From NCBI GenBank assembly GCA_964482435.1, contig CAYZXL010000003.1:69472-133471 (forward strand): a stretch of 64,000 nucleotides of DNA, read 5' to 3'. The DNA comes from an uncultured Verrucomicrobiota bacterium (GTDB lineage: Bacteria; Auribacterota; JABMQX01). The translations under genes were made by a program, and so were the position numbers. The notes beneath the pieces were generated by a model. It was given only the letters and a program-made list of their open reading frames with translations, had not been told where the DNA came from and did not search any database. Positions 57,421-64,000 of this stretch are shown one piece after another. Position 1 is the first letter of the stretch, and each line of letters starts with the position of its first letter.

Positions 57421-59310
57421 TCAGCCTGGCGGACGCAGATGCGGAACGTTTGTTCCATCCCGCGAAGCGTACAGGAACAGTTTCGTATAGCCGTCCGCCT
57501 CGCCGTTGATCGGCAGGCCGTGGTCTCTCTGAAAAGCCATGACCGCAGCGGTGGTCTCCGGAGTGAACCATCCGCTCGGATTGCCAGCGAAGTAGCCCCC
57601 TTCTTTCATATAATCCTGGAGCTTGCGGACGCTGAGGCTCAGGCTTTGCCCCTGCCGCAAAACCGAGGGTTCGACGAAATCGTCCCCGCACAGAACGACG
57701 GCGTTGCCACCGTAAAGCCTGGAAAAGAGCTGCATGTCCACCCTCTTCGTCCCGTCAGCGGTGGCAAGTTCCACCCACGTCTCCCCCATGTTGATGACCG
57801 CAACGAAGCCTCTTTGCTCGTCCACATCGCCAATCATCTCTACGACCACCGGCAGGTCTATCTCGCGGAGCCTTTCAATCGGCGCCCGGAGGCTCAACCA
57901 CCCCATTTTAGCTGCCGCCGCCAGGTTCGGCAGATGCCCGCCGACCTCGTTGTATCGCTCCCGGACGGCCTCGATCAGTTCCGGAGGTCTTTTCCACGCG
58001 CGTAACAAAGCGCATAGCGGATCAATGAGCGAACGATACGCCAGGACCTGGCGCTCCAGTGCTTTGGCCAGCGGCGAGGCCTTCGGAATATCCACCTTCG
58101 GACGAGGCGGCAGGACCGTCAGCGGTTCCGGGTCTTCCCGGAACAGCGGCTCCATGCCCACTGTCAATATATCGGGTATGGTCTGACCTATCCGCGAGGT
58201 AGCGCCTGCGAGAAATGCCAGCCGCATTACGGAAGGCGCCGGCTCCGCAAGAAGCTCCGGCGGCTCGCGCAGGACACGCGCGGCCCCGGGTGCACCAGCC
58301 GGGCTTTCCCCTTCCGCGGGCGACCCCGAGTCGGTCCTTGCGATGCGTCCGACAAACTCCTCCGGCCGCTGCGGCAACAGGGATTTCCCTGTTATCGTCT
58401 GGAGAGCTGAGAACGCAATGAGAGCTGCCGCCAGAACCAGTCCGACTCCCGCACCTACCCTGGCGATGGAGAACTCACGGCTCAGGAAGCGCACCGGCTG
58501 CGTGCCGACCCCCTCGATCTCCGTCTCGGAGGCGAGGACCATCTTCCGGTCAATCCGCATGGAATTGGCGACGTAGCCAGCAAGGAGCGCCTGGTCGCAG
58601 ATGACGTTTACCATTCTTGGTATGCCGCGAGAGAAGCGGTAGATTTCGTTAAGAGCGGACTTCGTGAAGACGACATTTCCGGAAGAGCCTGCCACCTTCA
58701 GCCGATGGTAGATATACTGTATAGTCTCATGGCGAGTCAGGGGAGTGATGTGGTGCCGCACTGTGATTCGCTGATTGAGCTGCCTGAGCTTTGGGGAGCC
58801 GAGGAGGCGGCGAAGCTCCGGCTGTCCAACGAGAACAATCTGCAACAGCTTCTCTTTCTCCGTCTCCAGGTTGGACAACATCCGAATCTGTTCCAGGACA
58901 GGGAAGGAGAGGTTTTGGGCCTCGTCAATGACCAGAACGACGTTCTTGCCCTTCATTCGCTGGTCGAGGAGGAACTTGTTGAGCTCATCAATGAATTCCT
59001 TTTTCGTCTGTCCGGTCGTCTGGATGCCGAGTTCCTCGTTGATAGTCTTGAGCAACTCCAGCTCCGAAAGAAACGAATTGAGGATCAGTGCCACTTCCGT
59101 GTTCGGCCCGAGCTTTTTGAGAAGAGCCCGGCAGATGGTCGTCTTTCCGGAGCCAACCTCCCCGCTGACCATGATGAAGCCTTTGCGGCTGTTGACGCCA
59201 TACAGAAGGTGAGCAAGAACTTCCCGGTGAACCCGGCTCGGATACAAAAAGTTGGCGTCCGGGGTCAGGTTGAACGGCGATTCCAAAAGACCGTAGAAGT
59301 CAAGGTACAT
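57421..59310 (-). CDS. GspA/ExeA-like AAA ATPase with C-terminal peptidoglycan-binding domain
   Basis: MYLDFYGLLESPFNLTPDANFLY (ExeA N-terminus). Walker A GEVGSGKTT. Walker B VLVIDEAQNL. TM. C-terminal PG_binding_1 (TAAVMAFQRDHGLPINGEADGYT). Confidence 0.8.
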   Translation of the reverse strand: MYLDFYGLLESPFNLTPDANFLYPSRVHREVLAHLLYGVNSRKGFIMVSGEVGSGKTTICRALLKKLGPNTEVALILNSFLSELELLKTINEELGIQTTGQTKKEFIDELNKFLLDQRMKGKNVVLVIDEAQNLSFPVLEQIRMLSNLETEKEKLLQIVLVGQPELRRLLGSPKLRQLNQRITVRHHITPLTRHETIQYIYHRLKVAGSSGNVVFTKSALNEIYRFSRGIPRMVNVICDQALLAGYVANSMRIDRKMVLASETEIEGVGTQPVRFLSREFSIARVGAGVGLVLAAALIAFSALQTITGKSLLPQRPEEFVGRIARTDSGSPAEGESPAGAPGAARVLREPPELLAEPAPSVMRLAFLAGATSRIGQTIPDILTVGMEPLFREDPEPLTVLPPRPKVDIPKASPLAKALERQVLAYRSLIDPLCALLRAWKRPPELIEAVRERYNEVGGHLPNLAAAAKMGWLSLRAPIERLREIDLPVVVEMIGDVDEQRGFVAVINMGETWVELATADGTKRVDMQLFSRLYGGNAVVLCGDDFVEPSVLRQGQSLSLSVRKLQDYMKEGGYFAGNPSGWFTPETTAAVMAFQRDHGLPINGEADGYTKLFLYASRDGTNVPHLRPPG

Positions 59311-59363
59311 TCCTGCGCCCTTTCCTTCGCGAAGGATGGTTCCTTACGAGCGGGCTTCGCCCC

Positions 59364-60026
59364 TCAAACGTTTTCTCCCTTCAGATAGACCCTCTTTTTG
59401 TGGATTCGCAGCTTTTCGGTTTCTCCAGTTTCAAGCCCAAGAAGATTGCCGATGACTTCTCTTAGACGCCCGCCTCGACCGCCCTCCCGCAGGACAACCG
59501 AGAGCACTTTTCTGCCGGTGCCGTTGTCATGCAAGGAGGCGCGTAAGAGACGCTCGCCAGGACCTTTTCCTGAAGCGTTCTCGTCCTGGAAACCGGCTGC
59601 GCGATCCCCCTCCGCGGAAATCAAACCTTCAAGCCGGTCCGGATTCAACGGACCAGCATCTCCCTGTCCTATCTCGTACTCGGCCGCCCAGATGCTTGCC
59701 TGTAGAGCCGCCGGCGTTCCCTCCGAAACCCGCACTTCCTCGATGGAAAAGCCTTGCGGCAGTTTGGACTGAATTCTCTCCTTCATGGTCTCTGGCTCGG
59801 TTCGTTGGGGTATTTTCACATCGAGGTATTCGCATTCGCTCGTGCACCCCAGTGGAAGAGGAGGGCCAAAAGAGACACGAAACCGGGGAGAAAAACCTTC
59901 CGAGTAAACCCCTTCGATCCCCGCCCTTCTGAAGGCTCGCAGGAGAGCGCGCGTCGTGTCAAGGTGCCCTATGAACCTGACAAGACCATTCTTACGATAC
60001 TTTATTCGCGCCGTGAAGCCCTGCAT
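59364..60026 (-). CDS. radical SAM-linked protein (DUF2344/TIGR03936 family)
   Basis: KYRKNGLVRFIGHLDTTRALLRAFRRAGIEGVYSEGFSPRFRVSFGPPLPLG matches the TIGR03936 core. Adjacent to a TIGR03960-type radical SAM gene. Confidence 0.65.
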   Translation of the reverse strand: MQGFTARIKYRKNGLVRFIGHLDTTRALLRAFRRAGIEGVYSEGFSPRFRVSFGPPLPLGCTSECEYLDVKIPQRTEPETMKERIQSKLPQGFSIEEVRVSEGTPAALQASIWAAEYEIGQGDAGPLNPDRLEGLISAEGDRAAGFQDENASGKGPGERLLRASLHDNGTGRKVLSVVLREGGRGGRLREVIGNLLGLETGETEKLRIHKKRVYLKGENV

Positions 60027-60295
60027 GTGCCTGCCGTCAGAAGTATTGTGGTTGCAGCGCAATCAAACCAATAAGCTGCCCTGGGCGCCGATAGCAAGAA
60101 TTCTGCCACGCTCGGCCCGTTATTCTCACGGGTGAGAAAGCCCATCGCCTAACCTTCACGATTCCTTTTTTCAGCCAGCCGTGGGCCCAGCGCAAGGCTC
60201 GCCTACCCGGGCTGACCGGACCGCTTCAAAGAGTCGGCCCCCTGCGGCTCGCGTTTCGTGCCTTTTCATTCTGCTTGTGCCAAACGGCGCCATCG

Positions 60296-62161
60296 CTACT
60301 TCGGTGCTTCATCCGCCGCGTCCTGTCTTGAGGACTCGCGCTCGGCGATCAACGATTGCTTGCTTATCCCGCACGAAATGTGGTCCCAGGGCAGGACTTC
60401 GTCGTACGCTCGCTCACGACACGCATAGAAATCCGGGTCAATGTTGCTTTCCCGAAACGCTTCCAGCCACGTGTCATACCGAAAATGTTCCGTCCAATCA
60501 TCAAGGCGGCAGCCCTTCTGCCATGCCCGGTAGATGGCCGATGACAGCCGCCTATCACCACGTGAAAAGACAGCTTCCAGGTAGCTTTTGTGAGGGTCGT
60601 GGAACTTGAGTTTTACGTTTTTCTCTTTTATCAAGCGCCTAATATACAGAATCTTGCGCTGAAGGTCAAGAGTGCTGTGGAATTTTTCCCACTGAAATGG
60701 AGTGTGGGCTTTTGGGACGAACGGGGCGATGCTCAAGTTGAGGTGTCCGCGCCTGCCGTCCACCTTCTTCCTGGCGTCGGCAATTTTGTACACAAGCTCC
60801 GCGAGGGCAGCGATGTCCTCGTCGCGTTCTGTCGGGAGGCCAATCATGAAGTAGAGTTTTATCAACCTCCAACCGGCAGCATAGGCAGCTTCGGCGGCGG
60901 CGAGAACGTCCTCCTCCTCCAAATTCTTGTTTATAACCTTTCGGAGACGCGCGGTTGCCGCCTCAATGGCGAGGGTTACGCCAGTCTTTTTCGTTGGCTG
61001 CGTGCGCTCGAGCAGCCTGATGGAGAAGGTGTCTGGCCTGAGAGAAGGGAGAGAGATGGCTGTGCGGTCGCTCCCAAGACACTCAGAGAGACGCAGTACC
61101 ACTTCGTTTATCTCTCGGTGGTCTCCCGTGGAAAGGGAAGAAAGGGAGATTTCCTCGAAGCCGGTTGCCTCAATGAGGCGCTTTGCTCTGCTGATAATTT
61201 CCGAGGCGGGCAATTCCCTCACCGGCCGATAAAGCATCCCGGCCTGACAGAATCGGCACCCCCGCCCGCATCCTCTCATCACCTCCACAACCGCACGGTC
61301 CTGGACAACCTCGATGAACGGCACGATCGGCTTCTCGGGGTACGGTGCCGCGGCAAGGTTCTTGACAGTCCTTTTCCGAACTGTGCCGGGGATGCCTTCC
61401 TCGTTCGGTTCGACGCTCAGGATACTCCCAGAGGATGCAGGCGAGACGCCTGCGCTACAGCCAGGATTGGAATCGTATTCCACCCGGTAGAAGTGCGGGA
61501 CGTACATTCCCTCGTATTTCGTGGCAAGCGCCCGAAGAAAGTCAATCCTCGCGCGTGGATTCGACCCAATCCGTTCCCGGAATCCTCCCGCTCGGAACTC
61601 TTGCAGGATTTCTACAATCGCCTCCTCCCCTTCGCCCACGACGAACAGGTCAATAAACTCCCACATCGGCTCCGGCACAAATGCGCCGAGTCCTCCCGCA
61701 ATGACTATGGGCCCGCCCGCCTTGCACCTTTCTTCAAAACGAAGCGGGATGCCTCCTAAGTCCAGCATGTTCAAAACGTTCGTGTAGCAGAGCTCGTATC
61801 CAACGGAGAAGCCCACGATGTCGAAATCTTTCAGCGGAGTGAGACTCTCGAGGGAATAAAGCGGGATTGACTTCTCGCGCATTCTTTCTTCCATGTCAAC
61901 CCAGGGAGCGAAGACCCTTTCCGCGACAGCCCAATCCAGCCGGTTGACGATTTCGTATAGGATTTGGATGCCGAGGTTGCTCATCCCTATCTCGTAGGTG
62001 TCGGGGAAGGCAATGGCAAAACTGACCTCGACGTCAGCACGCGATTTATTGACCGCGTTCAATTCCGAACCGATGTATCGCCCGGGGCGTACAACTTTCG
62101 GCAGGACTTCCGCCTCCAGAAGCCTGGCAAGGTCCGATGCCTTTAGCTTTATTGTGCTCAC
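60296..62161 (-). CDS. B12-binding-domain radical SAM protein (TIGR03960 family)
   Basis: N-terminal B12-binding-like domain. CxxxCxxC cluster MRGCGRGCRFCQAG. 621 aa. Confidence 0.8.
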   Translation of the reverse strand: MSTIKLKASDLARLLEAEVLPKVVRPGRYIGSELNAVNKSRADVEVSFAIAFPDTYEIGMSNLGIQILYEIVNRLDWAVAERVFAPWVDMEERMREKSIPLYSLESLTPLKDFDIVGFSVGYELCYTNVLNMLDLGGIPLRFEERCKAGGPIVIAGGLGAFVPEPMWEFIDLFVVGEGEEAIVEILQEFRAGGFRERIGSNPRARIDFLRALATKYEGMYVPHFYRVEYDSNPGCSAGVSPASSGSILSVEPNEEGIPGTVRKRTVKNLAAAPYPEKPIVPFIEVVQDRAVVEVMRGCGRGCRFCQAGMLYRPVRELPASEIISRAKRLIEATGFEEISLSSLSTGDHREINEVVLRLSECLGSDRTAISLPSLRPDTFSIRLLERTQPTKKTGVTLAIEAATARLRKVINKNLEEEDVLAAAEAAYAAGWRLIKLYFMIGLPTERDEDIAALAELVYKIADARKKVDGRRGHLNLSIAPFVPKAHTPFQWEKFHSTLDLQRKILYIRRLIKEKNVKLKFHDPHKSYLEAVFSRGDRRLSSAIYRAWQKGCRLDDWTEHFRYDTWLEAFRESNIDPDFYACRERAYDEVLPWDHISCGISKQSLIAERESSRQDAADEAPK

Positions 62162-63351
62162 AACGAGTACCCCCTCCCCGGCAAGTAAGACTTCCTGACG
62201 TGAACGGCCTCAACCACGCCCAACCCCATCATCGTCGTCAAAACGGACGAGCCTCCGTAGCTCATCAGCGGCAGTGGGAGACCGGCTATCGGCAAAAGAC
62301 CAATGCTCATCGAGATGTTCACGACGGCATGCCAGGCTATCAGGGCAGTGATTCCACACGCCAGCAACCTCCCGAAGGCGTCGGCTGCCTCGCCAGAAAT
62401 CCGAAACCCGCGCCAGACCAGCACCCAGTAAAGAAAAACGATGGAAAGGCTCCCGACAAGACCCCGTTGCTCGCAGAAAACGGGAAACACAAAATCCGTG
62501 TGAGCTTCGGGCAGGAATCCCAGCCTCGTCTGATGTCCGCCCTGCCATCCGCTTCCGAAAACACCGCCGGAGCCGACGGCGATCATAGCCTGCTCGGAAT
62601 TCCATCCTTCCGCCATGGTCGAGAGAAGGGTTGCAAGGTCCCTTTGGCCTGTCGGGTCAAGGCGCCACTTTAGCTCCTGCTTCTCGTCTGCGGTGAGGAA
62701 CTTAAGCATGAGCTTTCTCTGTCCGGGCGGAAGGAACTCCAAGACTCTCTTTTTCTGATAGGTCTTCATCTCAAGCCACAGCGGCGGCAGCGCCAGACAA
62801 CCCAGCACCGCAAGAAGAGCCAGCCGCCTGGAGCTCACCCCCGCGACGTAAAGCATCGCAACGCTCACAGGAATCAGCGCCAGGGAAGTCCCCAGATTCG
62901 GCTGAAGATATATGAGCGCAGCCGGCGGCGCAATCAGCCCCAGAGGTAGCAACACGCACATCCACGATTTCCTCGGCAGCCGGCTCTCCGCCAAGAACTT
63001 CGCGAGCAGGAATATCGTGGCCAGTTTTGCGAACTCCGACGGTTGAAGACTCAAGCCGCCGACGCCGATCCACCTTTTCCCCCCATGCCGGATTTGCCCC
63101 GCAACCAAGACCAATGCAAGACCGAAAAGCATCGCCCCGTAAAAAGGATAAGCAACGAGGGACAACCTTCTGTAAGGGAAAGATGCCGCTGCGACAAAGA
63201 GACACAGGCCAATGCATGCCCAGATGACCTGCTTCTCTCCGTTGTCCCTCCCGGAGGCGGTGAAGACGACTGTCGCTCCCGCAGCCGTGAGGAGGACCAT
63301 CACCGCCGCCAGAACCCAGTCAACTTTTTTCAGCAGCCGAAGGTCAATCAT
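62158..63351 (-). CDS. SEDS-family peptidoglycan glycosyltransferase (RodA/FtsW)
   Basis: Ten TM helices. Conserved FLPEAHTDFVF and GLLPIAGLPLPLMSYGGSS motifs. 4-bp overlap with the upstream radical SAM gene. Confidence 0.85.
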   Translation of the reverse strand: MIDLRLLKKVDWVLAAVMVLLTAAGATVVFTASGRDNGEKQVIWACIGLCLFVAAASFPYRRLSLVAYPFYGAMLFGLALVLVAGQIRHGGKRWIGVGGLSLQPSEFAKLATIFLLAKFLAESRLPRKSWMCVLLPLGLIAPPAALIYLQPNLGTSLALIPVSVAMLYVAGVSSRRLALLAVLGCLALPPLWLEMKTYQKKRVLEFLPPGQRKLMLKFLTADEKQELKWRLDPTGQRDLATLLSTMAEGWNSEQAMIAVGSGGVFGSGWQGGHQTRLGFLPEAHTDFVFPVFCEQRGLVGSLSIVFLYWVLVWRGFRISGEAADAFGRLLACGITALIAWHAVVNISMSIGLLPIAGLPLPLMSYGGSSVLTTMMGLGVVEAVHVRKSYLPGRGYSL

Positions 63352-64000
63352 TCCTTAACCCTGCAACCTAACGCCAGCAACAACTCCCAGAAGCGACTGC
63401 CGCTTCTCATTTCAACCACTCGCGCCGACCTATCACGCGAAACGTCGCAGCCCCAACGGTGCCTCGCCGGCCCAGCCCCCAGGCGCCCTCTCAAGTGAGA
63501 ATGCGCGAGAAAGAAGTGACGCATTGCTTGTCGTGCACTTCAAGGCATACGACGCGACCCGTAAGTGCTTGAGGGACCGAGGCCACACGCCTGCCCGGCC
63601 ATGCGCGCAAAAATGACGGGAAGTGACAAGGCTGGACGGACGCGGCGGATTATCAAAAAAGGATAACAATAGGCACTCAGGGAGCCGCTCGACAGCCTGT
63701 ACCTTCCCGTCATGTTATTTGCCCGAGTTCTTAAAGAATACGCTCTTCTGTCAAACCCCTCCTTCCTTCAGGATGTCATTGCTCTCACCGCAGCGACGAG
63801 ACGTGCGCCGGCAGGGCCGCTCCATTGCGCACGGACCTCAGCAGCACGTCATGGTCAACTGTGCCTTTCTGCCCGACAAAAGTCAAGTACATTTCTCCGG
63901 CCGATGTGCTGGTGCTGCGCGGCGAGTCGTGCTAAGCTCCTGCATTTGAGAAAGCGTCTGCACTCAAATTGTGCCATTCGCTCTTTTCGTAGAAAAGCGC

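Noticed and set aside
1-64000. CRISPR arrays, rRNA, tRNA, transposase or integrase-bounded islands
   Set aside because: No regularly spaced direct repeats with unique spacers. No rRNA-like conserved blocks or tRNA-like cloverleaf candidates noticed in the intergenic regions. The XerC-like recombinase sits in a housekeeping context (after topA) without flanking repeats.

Overview
High-GC bacterial chromosomal window (about 60% GC or more). The gene content resembles a PVC-superphylum or candidate-phylum genome: many prepilin-type proteins, tandem DUF1080 domains, PEP-CTERM, DUF1844. This assignment is tentative.

About 50 protein-coding genes are supported. No rRNA, tRNA or CRISPR array was found.

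0-26 kb:
- housekeeping and accessory genes: ECF sigma/anti-sigma pair, a giant secreted beta-helix repeat protein, mutS, a DUF433/DUF5615 pair, miaB, topA, a xerC-like recombinase, waaA, and a PEP-CTERM protein with a suspicious missing stop.

26.0-30.8 kb:
- a compact pilus-like cluster of two SCPU/Csu-type subunits, a PapD-like chaperone candidate and a ~950-aa outer-membrane usher-like protein.
- the usher-like gene is split by a frameshift exactly at an A10 homopolymer, a candidate phase-variation switch.

31-40 kb:
- flotillin, a protein with two DUF1080 domains, a ThiI-like PP-loop ATPase, an M23 peptidase, der, and an RmlA homolog whose catalytic motifs are degenerate.

40.5-63.4 kb:
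- about 20 genes in a single orientation, forming a type IV pilus / T2SS-like region.
- contents: two tandem prepilin paralogs behind a sigma54-like promoter, a PilR-like sigma54 activator, a PilS-like kinase, GspF/PilC, GspE/PilB, a TPR-coiled-coil-T2SSE_N protein, a 1010-aa membrane protein with six tandem ~45-aa repeats and two roadblock/LC7-like domains, a PAS kinase, GspB/GspA (ExeB/ExeA), a split radical-SAM pair and a SEDS protein.

Non-coding structure of note:
- a family of intergenic double-hairpin repeats with compensatory stem changes (33.3 kb tandem pair, 41.7 kb).
- two MITE/iteron-like loci built of ATCCTGT heptamers at 9-bp spacing in inverted arrays (35.4 kb, 37.5 kb).
- a duplicated 3' tail of the beta-helix gene.
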